Source: an uncultured Actinomycetes bacterium
Lineage (GTDB): Bacteria > Actinomycetota > Thermoleophilia > Gaiellales > Gaiellaceae
NCBI GenBank assembly: GCA_963758605.1
Contig: CAVWWI010000007.1
Location: 184,593 to 248,592, forward strand
Direction: 5' to 3'
DNA length: 64,000 nucleotides
Numbering within the stretch: position 1 is the first letter of the stretch; every line of letters starts with the position of its first letter. Under the pieces are notes generated by a model. The model was not told the origin of the DNA. It made no database searches and saw only the letters and a program-made list of their open reading frames with translations. Shown in pieces: positions 48,311 through 56,873 of the stretch. A program made the translations under genes and the position numbers.

Positions 48311-48346
48311 AAGGCGGACACTATGAGCAAGGCGGACACTATGAGT
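48311..48346 (+). repeat. Perfect 18-bp tandem duplication (AAGGCGGACACTATGAG plus 1 nt, two copies) that duplicates an ATG
   Basis: Read directly: aaggcggacactatgagc aaggcggacactatgagt. The ATGs are at 48323 and 48341. Confidence 0.9.
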
Positions 48347-48892
48347 CAGCGCACAGGGATGGCAACAATTCGTTTTGAAGCCACGCTGTACACAATCGAC
48401 AAATCGACTATCTTGCGCTTGCCTGAGAAAGCGAGCGGGAAACTGCCGTCGCGCGGGCAGGTGGCAGTACGAGGAACGATCAATGGCAATGGGTTCCAGA
48501 CGGTGTTGGAACCAGACGGCAGTCTTGGCCACTGGATGAGGATCGATGGAGAGCTACAACAAACCGCTGCTCTAAGCGCGGGTGACACCGCCACGCTCGA
48601 AATTGAGTTACTCAAAGACTGGCCGGAGCCGAACGTGCCACAGGATCTTGAGACAGCTCTGGCAGCTGCCCCTCAGAAGATCCAAGACTTATGGAATGAC
48701 ATTACGCCGATGGCGCGCTGGGAATGGGTTCGCTGGGTCAATGCGACCCGAAACCCTGATACGCGCAAACGACGGGTAGAAGTAAGTATCTCGAAAATGA
48801 AGAGCGGGAAGCGACGGCCCTGCTGTTTCAACCTTGCCGCATGCACCGACCCGAACCTGTCAAAGAGCGGCAGGCTTATTGAACCAGCGTGA
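48323..48892 (+). CDS. DUF1905 plus YdeI/OmpD-associated domain protein
   Basis: ORF 48323..48892. The domain body starts at MATIRFEATLYTI (ATG 48359), so the true start may be 48359 or 48341. The C-terminus RWEWVRWVNATRNPDTRKRRVEVSISKM is YdeI-like. AT-richer DNA. Confidence 0.7.
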   Translation: MSKADTMSQRTGMATIRFEATLYTIDKSTILRLPEKASGKLPSRGQVAVRGTINGNGFQTVLEPDGSLGHWMRIDGELQQTAALSAGDTATLEIELLKDWPEPNVPQDLETALAAAPQKIQDLWNDITPMARWEWVRWVNATRNPDTRKRRVEVSISKMKSGKRRPCCFNLAACTDPNLSKSGRLIEPA

Positions 48893-49173
48893 TTTGTGTG
48901 TTCGACGTCGATCCGCAATAAGTCCGTAAACATCCGAAACGGCTCGGCTCAGCTAAGCGGACCGTCGCTCGGGCCCCTCGCCTACCACAGGTGCGGCGAG
49001 TCCCGGATGGCGCGCTACCGGCCGACGGGGCAGCGTGCGACGGCGGGATCTCCGTTCGGTGTGGTTCGACCCCCGCAGGTACAGGGAAGCCGACGCTGCA
49101 GACGAGCTCGGCCCTCTCCCGATTATCCGGCGCTCGCGGGGGGTACTGCCGAATGGACAGCAAAGGAGGATCC

Positions 49174-49606
49174 ATGACAGGCAAGGTGGCCACTGCAGAA
49201 ACCGACATTGACGCCCCTCGCAGCGAGGTCTGGCAGGCGCTCACTGATCCGGACCAGATTCAGAAGTACATGTTCGGCTCAAGGGTGGAGACCGATTGGA
49301 AGCCAGGGAGTCCCATAACCTGGAAGGGCGAGTACGAGGGCAGCGAAGTACGAGGACAAGGGCGAGATCCTGGAGGTCGAGCACGAGCGCCGGCTCAAGC
49401 TCACCCACTTCAGCCCATTGAGTGGCGAGGAGGATGCGCCCGAGAACTACCACACGCTCGTGTACGACCTAGAGGACAACGACGGAAGGACGCACGTCTC
49501 GCTGAGTCAGGACAACAACAAGAGCGAGGGGGCCGCCGAGCACTCGCAAGCAAACTGGGAAAGGATGCTCGCCGGGCTGAAGGAGGTTGTCGAAGCGCAG
49601 TCGTAG
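49174..49606 (+). pseudogene. SRPBCC / AHSA1-domain protein with one frameshift near 49341-49348
   Basis: ATG at 49174 after AAAGGAGGA: MTGKVATAETDIDAPRSEVWQALTDPDQIQKYMFGSRVETDWKPGSPITWKGEYEGS. The conserved continuation KYEDKGEILEVEHERRLKLTHFSPLSGEEDAPENYHTLVYDL...ANWERMLAGLKEVVE is in the frame of ORF 49418..49606. Confidence 0.75.
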
Positions 49607-49776
49607 CGACCCGATATCCCACTGAGTGCCTCGGTCCAAACCTGAACGGTGGGCCCGAGCTTCGCGCCAGCCAGCATGATGGGCCAGAGCCCTGTGGAAG
49701 GGCGGGGGTACTGCCGGCAAGTCAGTAGATCGGCGCGTATCGAAGAAGCGTCACGCCCTCACGTCGGCGCAGCGGG

Positions 49777-49965
49777 CTATTTCCCGATCGCGGCGATGAA
49801 TGCCATCAGGATGAAGCCCGCGCCGACCCCGATCAGCAGCCACGCGAAGAAGTCGTCGAGCAGAATGCCGAGTCCGATACCCACCACGATCCCGCCGACG
49901 AATGCGGGGCCGCCGTACGTGTAGCCGCGTCCAGACGCAGCCCGCCGATCAACCGAATTCGTCAT
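49777..49965 (-). CDS. Possible small two-helix membrane protein
   Basis: ORF 49777..49965, 62 aa: GGPAFVGGIVVGIGLGILLDDFFAWLLIGVGAGFILMAFIAAIGK. Compositional evidence only. Confidence 0.3.
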   Translation of the reverse strand: MTNSVDRRAASGRGYTYGGPAFVGGIVVGIGLGILLDDFFAWLLIGVGAGFILMAFIAAIGK

Positions 49966-50150
49966 CGTTCCTCACCCCCGAGGTCGGCGCCTGATGATCC
50001 TGCAGGCTACGTGAGTCGCGGTCGGTCGGAGGAGGAGGCCAGCGTCGCGAGAGCGGCATCGACCGCGGCGATGATCCCGAACTCGTTACCTATCTCCGGA
50101 TCGAGGAGCGTAGGCAGGCGCGACGATCGCCTGGCGTATCGTCTGACCAG

Positions 50151-50570
50151 GTGAGCGGAACCGACAACGGCGCGCCTGACCGGACCCGCATGTGGCGTTT
50201 CCGGCGCGTTGTGCATCGCTACATCAATCCGATCACGCGGCCCGTCGCGAAGAAGCTTCCCACCTTCGCCATCCTGACGCACCGTGGGCGCAAGAGCGGA
50301 CGTACATACCGAACGCCGATCAACGTCTTCCGGCGAGGCGACGAGTACTTCTTCTTCCTGACCTACGGGTCGGACGTGCAGTGGGTGAAGAACATCCTCG
50401 CCACCGGGTCCTGCTCGATCGAGACACGCGGTCGGGTCGTCGAACTCGTCGAGCCGGAGCTGATCACCGATCCCGAGCTCCGGCCTGCGCCGCCTCACGT
50501 CCGCTTCGTCGAGCGGCGGATCGCCGGTGTCACGCAGTACTTGCGGATGCGCGCTTCCTCATCGACCTGA
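50151..50570 (+). CDS. Deazaflavin (F420)-dependent nitroreductase-family protein (DUF385-like)
   Basis: ORF 50151..50570 (GTG; alternative ATG 50190). FAILTHRGRKSGRTYRTPINVF, WVKNILATG. Confidence 0.7.
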   Translation: MSGTDNGAPDRTRMWRFRRVVHRYINPITRPVAKKLPTFAILTHRGRKSGRTYRTPINVFRRGDEYFFFLTYGSDVQWVKNILATGSCSIETRGRVVELVEPELITDPELRPAPPHVRFVERRIAGVTQYLRMRASSST

Positions 50571-50596
50571 CCCATCTGACGCGGCGTAATCATCAC

Positions 50597-50841
50597 GGTG
50601 TCCCGATCTTCGTTCCCAGCCACCGGCCGCCCGACCAGTCCGTCGCGAACTATCCGTTGGTGACGTACGCGACCGATGGATCGTGAGCGCAATGGCACAG
50701 GCGAAGGCCGCCGCCGGCGGCCGGAACGTGCTGGTGCATGGCGCGTACACGGCGCAACGGGCGCTCGAGGCCGGTGTGCTGGACGAGTTGCAGATCCATC
50801 AGATCCCGGTGCTGTTCGGTAGTGGCCGACGGCTGTTCGAA
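50597..50841 (+). pseudogene. 5-prime-truncated and frameshifted RibD_C (dihydrofolate-reductase-family) remnant
   Basis: GVPIFVPSHRPPDQSVANYPLVTYATDG (tail of ORF 50192..50686), then after a 1-nt shift SAMAQAKAAAGGRNVLVHGAYTAQRALEAGVLDELQIHQIPVLFGSGRRLFE (head of ORF 50683..52317). It is collinear with residues ~105-175 of the intact paralog at 37171..37770. Confidence 0.55.
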
Positions 50842-50895
50842 AGTCCTGGACTGGACGATCGGTCGCAGCGTTCGCGGTGCCGAACTGACGGCCCG

Positions 50896-53439
50896 TCACT
50901 CGATGACGGGCCTGGCGATGGCCGGCGGCTCGCGGCCGGCGAGGAGCCAGCCAGCCGCGGCGGCCGCCAGAGGGAGGCCGACGACGATCAGGACGAGGGG
51001 GATTACCGGCACACGACCGAGGTAGCCGAGGTCGTCATGGTAAGTCGCTGCGAGCGCGAGATAGGCGCCGGCGACGCCGAGCAGCGCGCCGAGGAAGGCG
51101 AGCACGCCGGCGGTGGCGGCCGTCAGCGTCCGGCGGATCCTGCCCGTGGCTCCGGTCGCCGTCAGCGTGCGGAGGTCACCGGCGCTCTCGCCGCGGATCA
51201 GCCCGACCGTCATGGCGAGGATCCCAAGCGCCAGGAGGACGCCTGCGGCGGTCGCGATCGCGATGGGCGTGGCGAGGGAGGTGCGCTCGTTCTGTATCTC
51301 GATCTCAAGGCCGGCCTCGGCGGCGAGCTCGCGTGCGGTGGCGATCTGTTCGCTCGTCAGGGGCCCGCTCGACTCGATGAGCCAGCCGTTCGGGACCTGC
51401 TCCCAGCCGTGGCGGCGCATACCGTTGAGGGTGACAAAGGAGGACGGCACGCGGCCGGTGTCCCCCTCTCCAGCGCCGAAGACCTCCAGGCTGTCGATCC
51501 TCTGGACGTTCTCGATGGCGGATTCGCGGGGGCGACCGCGGCTCCCCGCCCGGATGTCCAGGATGACGAACTCGCCGGTGGGAACGGTCGCGTGGGCCAG
51601 GAAGTCCGCGCTCGGGTCGACGATGGCGGGGTCGATTCCGAGGTACCTGAGCACTGCAGGCGTGGCGACATAGACACCGGATCCCTGGGTCCAGCTCTGG
51701 GGGCTGGTCCGCTTCGAAAAACGGACGGCGACGAGGGCGCTGTCACCCTCGAAGGTGACGATGGGCGGATCGCCGGGCTGGTAGGCCTTCCGAAGCGGGA
51801 TCACGGCCGCCTCACCGAGACCGGCCGCGATTTGGCGGACGCGCGCAGCGCTCCGTGCGAGCTGGGTGGGCGTTTGGAGTGGGAGCGGGATGAGCTCCGC
51901 TTCGTGCGTGGGGCCCGTGTACACCCGGATTTGGCTGTCGGACAGGTTGGGGAGCTCGGCGGCCATCCGGTCGTCTTCCTTCTTCTCCTCGGCTGCCGCG
52001 GTGACTGTCACCGCTGCTGCGATGCCGAGGGCGAGGGTGATCGCGGCGAGTGCCGCCCCAGATCGGGCCTGGTAGCGGGCGAGGTCACGGAGCGCGAGGC
52101 GCGTGCCGATCGGGGCGTGTCCGGCGGCTCCGGAGAAGATGCGGATCGCGAGTGGGCCCAGGAGCAAGGTGCCGAGGATGGTCGCGACGATCCCGGCGAT
52201 GATGAGCGGCACGCGGTCTCGGTCGGACAGTGCGAGACAGCCGATACCGACCGCGATCAGCGCCGCGGCCGCGATCGCCGAGTGGCGTGCGGGCCTCGGC
52301 TGAGGCGGACGCCCTGAAAGCGCGAGCAGGGTGGGGAGGCGGGCGACCGTTCGCCCCGGCCACCAGGCGGCTGCCGTAGCCGCGAGGATGGCGAGGAGGA
52401 CGACCATCGCGAGCAGCGTCCACGGAAGGCTGAGCCGGTCGATGCGATGGCCCATCGCGGATTCGAGAGCCGGCGCGAAGACGACCCAGAGCGCACCGCC
52501 CGCGACCGTGCCGAGGATTGCGGCGATCACTCCGACGAGGGCGCCGTTGCTCAGCAGCACGAGCCGGAGATGCTTCTGAGTAGCCCCGATTGCCGCGAGC
52601 ATGCCGAGCTGGCGGAGCCGACGCTGAGCGACGACAGCGAAGCCCGCGGCGGCAACCAGCGAGGCCAGGAGCAGGAAGACGGAGGCGACGGAAAACAGTG
52701 CGAACGAGTCAGCGGCCTCGATCTCGCCGCGGATCCCCAGTCCCCTGAGGCCCGAACGGCTGTTCTCCTTCTCCAAGGAGTCTGCGAAGGCGCGGAGCTC
52801 TTGTTCGCTCGCGTTGACTAGGACGGTGACGTTCTGCGGCGCCACGGTTGACGAGGGGGAGACGAGAGCGAACTCGTCACTGAGATCGAGTGGGTTCTCG
52901 ACGATGCCGACGACGGTCCGACGCCGCCCGTCGAGATCGAGCGTCGCCCCCAGCTCCACGTCTAGGAGCTCGGCCACATCCTCGGTGAGGGCGACCTGGC
53001 CGGGCCTGGCCGGGTAGCTGCCACGGCGGAGCGCGAGGAGATCGCCGCCGTAGAGCCCATCCGTGTCCTGCGAGCGGAAGTCCACCGTCTCGACGCCGCC
53101 GGGCACCGGCACCTTGCGGTGGCCGATGACGTCCGTCGTCCCGAACGACTCCTCGGCCGATTCCAGCGCTGCCTCGAGCGCCTGCGGATCGGAGCCGTCG
53201 AACCTGAGCAGCCCGCTCGCCGAGCCGAACTCGCCGTCGAACGCAGGACTGGTGTTGTAGACGACGGTGATGCTGCCGATCGCGGTTGCGACCGCGACCG
53301 TCAGGAGCGCGACGACCAGGACTTGCTGCCGCCACTCGCGGCGGAACATGCGCCAGGCCCAGCGGACGACCGCGCGGCGGGCGGCGACGCCGCCGTTTGC
53401 AGGTCCGCGCAGTGCCGAGTCTTGCGCGAGCGTCGTCAT
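50896..53439 (-). CDS. ABC transporter permease with two FtsX domains (MacB/DevC-like)
   Basis: ORF 50896..53439, 847 aa. N-terminal TM, large extracytoplasmic domain, 4-TM FtsX block, all repeated once. ATGA overlap with the ATPase gene. Confidence 0.85.
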   Translation of the reverse strand: MTTLAQDSALRGPANGGVAARRAVVRWAWRMFRREWRQQVLVVALLTVAVATAIGSITVVYNTSPAFDGEFGSASGLLRFDGSDPQALEAALESAEESFGTTDVIGHRKVPVPGGVETVDFRSQDTDGLYGGDLLALRRGSYPARPGQVALTEDVAELLDVELGATLDLDGRRRTVVGIVENPLDLSDEFALVSPSSTVAPQNVTVLVNASEQELRAFADSLEKENSRSGLRGLGIRGEIEAADSFALFSVASVFLLLASLVAAAGFAVVAQRRLRQLGMLAAIGATQKHLRLVLLSNGALVGVIAAILGTVAGGALWVVFAPALESAMGHRIDRLSLPWTLLAMVVLLAILAATAAAWWPGRTVARLPTLLALSGRPPQPRPARHSAIAAAALIAVGIGCLALSDRDRVPLIIAGIVATILGTLLLGPLAIRIFSGAAGHAPIGTRLALRDLARYQARSGAALAAITLALGIAAAVTVTAAAEEKKEDDRMAAELPNLSDSQIRVYTGPTHEAELIPLPLQTPTQLARSAARVRQIAAGLGEAAVIPLRKAYQPGDPPIVTFEGDSALVAVRFSKRTSPQSWTQGSGVYVATPAVLRYLGIDPAIVDPSADFLAHATVPTGEFVILDIRAGSRGRPRESAIENVQRIDSLEVFGAGEGDTGRVPSSFVTLNGMRRHGWEQVPNGWLIESSGPLTSEQIATARELAAEAGLEIEIQNERTSLATPIAIATAAGVLLALGILAMTVGLIRGESAGDLRTLTATGATGRIRRTLTAATAGVLAFLGALLGVAGAYLALAATYHDDLGYLGRVPVIPLVLIVVGLPLAAAAAGWLLAGREPPAIARPVIE

Positions 53440-54161
53440 CGCCGATCAGCGGCCGCGAGCAGCGACTCCGGGCCGGGAGGCGCGACGGTCTGGTCGATGA
53501 CCTGGCCGTCGCGCAGAAACACGACGCGGTCGGCCCACGAGGCGAGGTGCGCCTCGTGCGTCACGACGACACCCGCGACGCCTCGCTGCGTTGCGGCGCG
53601 GAGCAGGCGCATGACTGCTTCGCCGTTTACGGAGTCGAGCGCACCGGTCGGCTCGTCGGCGAGCAGCAACCCGCGCTCGCCGACGATCGCTCGGGCGATC
53701 GCGACCCGCTGGCGCTCGCCACCCGAAAGCTCGTCCGGGTAGCGATCCGCGTGCTCCGCGACGTCGAGCTCCTCCATCGCCTCCAGGCCAGCGGCTCGTG
53801 CGGCTCTGGCACGGACGCCGTCGAGCTCGAGGGGCAGCGTGACGTTCTCGGCGGCCGTGAGCCCTGGTAGCAGGTTGAAGTCCTGGAACACGTAACCGAT
53901 CGAACGGCGCCGCATCTTCGCCCGATCCGAGCGCGAGACGGACACGAGGTCGACGCCGTCGACGAAGACCTGGCCAACGGTGGGCTCCTCGAGGCTGCCG
54001 GCGATCGTCAGGAGCGTGCTCTTGCCGGAGCCGCTCGGGCCCATGACGGCCACGAGCTCGCCGCGCTCGACCGTGAGATCGACATCGCGCAGCGCGCGCA
54101 CCTCGCTCGGCCCGGAGCCGTAAACCTTCGAAACCTGGTGCAGTTCGAGCGCGCTTGTCAT
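53436..54161 (-). CDS. ABC transporter ATP-binding protein (MacB/LolD-like)
   Basis: ORF 53436..54161. GPSGSGKST, LSGGERQR, LLLADEPTGALD. Confidence 0.9.
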   Translation of the reverse strand: MTSALELHQVSKVYGSGPSEVRALRDVDLTVERGELVAVMGPSGSGKSTLLTIAGSLEEPTVGQVFVDGVDLVSVSRSDRAKMRRRSIGYVFQDFNLLPGLTAAENVTLPLELDGVRARAARAAGLEAMEELDVAEHADRYPDELSGGERQRVAIARAIVGERGLLLADEPTGALDSVNGEAVMRLLRAATQRGVAGVVVTHEAHLASWADRVVFLRDGQVIDQTVAPPGPESLLAAADRR

Positions 54162-54738
54162 TGCGAAACCTCCATCGTGCGAGTCGGATCGAGAGCCAGG
54201 TCAGCCACGGCGGCCGGCGCCGGGGACGGCCGCTGCTTCAAGCGGACGTCGGCGGCATCGAGCCAGCGGACGATCGCCTCGAGCCGGAATAGCTCCGCAT
54301 CGGCGACGAGCGCCAGCGGGACGTCGTCCTCCGTGGCCGCCGCCTTGATCTTGGTGTAGCCCTGCATGACCTCGAGCACATGGCGGCGGTGCACTTGCAG
54401 GATCTCGTGGACGTCGGTGCCTGGGACCTGAAGGGCGACGAGCACCTTGATCACGAGCTCGTCGCGGGGGGAGGCACTAGCTCAGGCGGCGTCCGAAGCC
54501 ACTCGGCGAGCTCGCGGTCGCCGGCCGATGTGATCCGGTATCGCTTCCGCGAGCGCTGGTCTTCTCCGTCGTCGGTCTCGACGAGCCCGTCCCGCTCGAG
54601 GCGCTGCAGTGTCGTGTACACCTGCCCGACGTTGAGCGGCCAGACCTCGCCGGTCCGAGCCTCGAACTCGCTCTGCAGCCGCAGGCCGTACTTCGGGCAC
54701 TCGCTCAGGAGGGCAAGGATGGCGTGTGGGACGCTCAT
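54158..54738 (-). pseudogene. PadR-family transcriptional regulator split by a frameshift in a G6/C6 homopolymer (54466-54471)
   Basis: The N-terminal wHTH is in ORF 54451..54738 (ILALLSECPKYGLRLQSEFEARTGEVWPLNVGQVYTTLQRLERDGLV). The C-terminal PadR helper domain is in ORF 54158..54454. One extra C would read ...ELVPPPRDELVIKVLVALQ... continuously. Confidence 0.8.
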
Positions 54739-54753
54739 AGCCGGTCTCCTGGG

Positions 54754-54785
54754 ATCATCATACTGAGTAGTATACCAAGTATGTG
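54754..54785. promoter_or_regulatory. AT-rich promoter/operator candidate upstream of the PadR gene
   Basis: atcatcATACTgagtAGTATaccaAGTATgtg, 16-47 nt upstream of start 54738. ATACT-N4-AGTAT inverted repeat plus a direct AGTAT repeat; a conspicuous AT patch in GC-rich DNA. Confidence 0.3.
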
Positions 54786-54985
54786 ACCCTACGCAAGTGG
54801 CGCATGGAATCGGGTTCAGACCGCGTGCTAGGTCCTTGTGACCAAGCGGTGGAAAGCTGACCAGTCACGAGCACGAGGACGGCGGGCGCGACGCAGGGAT
54901 CGGTGGGAATTCGCTCCAGCACCGTCCTCGGCCCGGACCACAGAGAGGCAGCCGATCAGGAGTAGTGTGGCGTCAAGGGTTGCCG

Positions 54986-55291
54986 ATGGCTGTGTGCACT
55001 CATCTCGATCGAATCGCGGTTCTTCGCCTGCCCGACGCAATTGCCGGCTGCGAGGAGTGCCTTCGAATCGGAAGTGCCTGGGTTCACCTTCGAATGTGCA
55101 TGACCTGCGGTCGCATCGGCTGTTGTGACTCCTCGCCCAACAAGCACGCGAGCCGGCACGCACGCGAGCAGGACCATCCCGTGGCCCGCTCGGCCGAGCC
55201 CGGAGAAGAGTGGAGTTGGTGCTACGTCGATGAGGTGGCGTTCCTCGTGCAGCCGAGCGCCGACACGTTCGCCGGTGACGCGAAGCCATGA
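54986..55291 (+). CDS. UBP-type zinc-finger domain protein
   Basis: ATG at 54986 within ORF 54965..55291. CTHLDRI...CEECLRIGSAWVHLRMCMTCGRIGCCDSSPNKHASRH...WSWCYVDE. Confidence 0.75.
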   Translation: MAVCTHLDRIAVLRLPDAIAGCEECLRIGSAWVHLRMCMTCGRIGCCDSSPNKHASRHAREQDHPVARSAEPGEEWSWCYVDEVAFLVQPSADTFAGDAKP

Positions 55292-56261
55292 GCTCGACAG
55301 CGGGCGTCCGACCCGAGCTCCCAGAGGTCGCTCTCGGTCAGTGGGCCGACACGAAGACGACGTTGCATCTGTGGCTTCAGATCGTCGGGAAGATACGCAT
55401 GGCTTCGACGGCTCCACGCAACCACTGGTGGCACGTTCCGCTCTACGTCGACGTTCGCGGCCTGACGACGCGCCGCATGCCCGCGAAGGGAGCAGTCGCG
55501 TTCGAGATCTCATTCGACTTCATCGACCACCGCCTGGTGCTCGCGACGAACCGGGGTGAGATCGACTCCTTCGCCCTCGCCGACGGACTGTCGGTTGCCG
55601 AGTTCGACGCGAGACTCCATGCAGTCCTCGCCTCCCGCGGTATCGACGTCGCAATACGCGAAGAGCCGTACGGATTGCCGGTCACGACACCGCTTCCCGG
55701 AAGACCGCGAGCACGCTTCGTACGACCGAGAGGCTGTCGAGCGCTACTGGCGCATCCTCGAGTGGACGAACGACGTGCTCGAAGAGTTCGCGGGCTGGTA
55801 CTGCGGCAAGACGAGTCCCGTCCATCTCTTCTGGCACGGGCTCGACCTCGCAGTCACCCGCTTCGGCGGTGCGCGCGCGTCAGCGCGGCGCGAATTCGGC
55901 CGCATCGATCAGGAGACGTACACGCACGAGGTCGTGTCGTTCGGGTTCTGGATGGGTGACGAGAACGTGCGCGAGCCGAGCTACTACTCGTACACGTTTC
56001 CCGAGCCTGCCGAACTTCGGCAGTCAGCCGCTGCAGCCGTCAGCCGCATCCTGGAGTGAACAAGCTGGTGGGTCGCTCGCGCTTCTTCCCTACGACGCCG
56101 TCCGCGCGGCGACTGACCCGAGGAACACACTGCTTGCGTTCTTGGAGACCGCGTACAGGGCCGGTGCAGGACTCTCCGGCTGGGATCAGGCGGCGCTCAC
56201 CTCTTCGTGGTGTCCCAGCCCGCCACAGCTGAACGCGATCGTCGCGGGACGCGAGCCCTAG
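55288..56261 (+). pseudogene. DUF5996-family (Ava_C0101-like) gene with two frameshifts (about 55690-55697 and 56021-56027)
   Basis: Three collinear frames. (1) ORF 55288..: WADTKTTLHLWLQIVGKIRMASTAPRNHWWHVPLYVDVRGLTT... (2) ORF 55556..56059: FPEDREHASYDREAVERYWRILEWTNDVLEEFAGWYCGKTSPVHLFWHGLDLAVTRFGG...YTHEVVSFGFW...SYYSYTFPEP. (3) ORF 55869..56261: ...ALLPYDAVRAATDPRNTLLAFLETAYRAGA. The family is recalled from memory. Confidence 0.65.
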
Positions 56262-56322
56262 CGCTGTGCCTTGCGGAGACCGAGCACTACTGCCCTGACG
56301 AAGCGGGCCGTCGCCCTGGGGC

Positions 56323-56565
56323 TTACTGCTCGTAGCTCTCGACGACGCTCGGGTCACGAGCGGTGGCCGTGTCCGGATCGAGGCCAGCCTCGCGTAACGC
56401 GCGTCGCTGCCTGAGCAGGTCCCAGCACTGATCGAGCGAGATCCTGAGGTTGTGGAGTCGCTCGCGGTCAGCCTCGCTCGCGGCGCCAGCTGATTCGCGC
56501 TGCCATAACTCGTGCTCTTCGGCGACGAGCTTCTCGATCGTCCCGTGGATCTGCGGATCGTCCAT
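56323..56565 (-). CDS. DUF2630-family small protein
   Basis: ATG at 56565 after ACAGGAGG, internal to ORF 56323..56739. 80 aa with EEHELW...LDQCWDLLRQRRALREAGLDPD. Confidence 0.7.
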   Translation of the reverse strand: MDDPQIHGTIEKLVAEEHELWQRESAGAASEADRERLHNLRISLDQCWDLLRQRRALREAGLDPDTATARDPSVVESYEQ

Positions 56566-56700
56566 CACGCCTCCTGTGGAATAGGTTCGACAATCGTTAC
56601 TGATGCTCGCGGTGTCGACTCCGCTGCTCGCTGCGGTGCTCTGACAAGCTGGCCTCCGGGACATCTCCTCGCTCCGATCGCCGTCCGCGGATTGACGAAT

Positions 56701-56802
56701 GTCACCGAGCGATCCGCCGATCAGGAGAAGCGAGGCCAAGGCCAGGAGATACGCGTTCGCTACCCACTGCTGCCCCGACAGGCCACCGCCGAGGTCCTCC
56801 TT
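56701..56802 (-). pseudogene. Relic of a DHA2/EmrB-type MFS transporter gene (TM1-TM2 loop region only)
   Basis: Minus-strand reading KEDLGGGLSGQQWVANAYLLALASLLLIGGSLGD matches the MFS drug-transporter signature (qWv.naY.La.a.lll..G.lgD). It is preceded by an in-frame TAG (56803-56805) and followed by unrelated sequence. Confidence 0.5.
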
Positions 56803-56873
56803 CTACGAGGGCACCGGGCTTCAGCCGCTTGCTCGAGTCAGGTCGCCACGTTCTCCTGGGAATCATGTCGACA

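Noticed and set aside
48311-48346. The tandem repeat as a possible CRISPR or minisatellite array.
   Set aside because: There are only two directly adjacent 18-bp copies with no spacers, and no cas genes anywhere in the window.
49040-49085. GGTTCGA-containing stretch (gtggttcgacccccgc) that resembles a tRNA T-loop and could mark a tRNA or att-site remnant next to the AT-richer islet.
   Set aside because: I could not fold a 5-bp T-stem with a 7-nt loop or an acceptor stem around it. The only complementary GCGGG is ~25 nt away. A tRNAscan run would be decisive.
50842-52317. The remainder of the 544-aa ORF 50683..52317 (+).
   Set aside because: Only its first ~53 codons (the RibD_C remnant) look like protein. 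The rest is antisense to the well-supported FtsX-domain permease gene and is compositionally aberrant.
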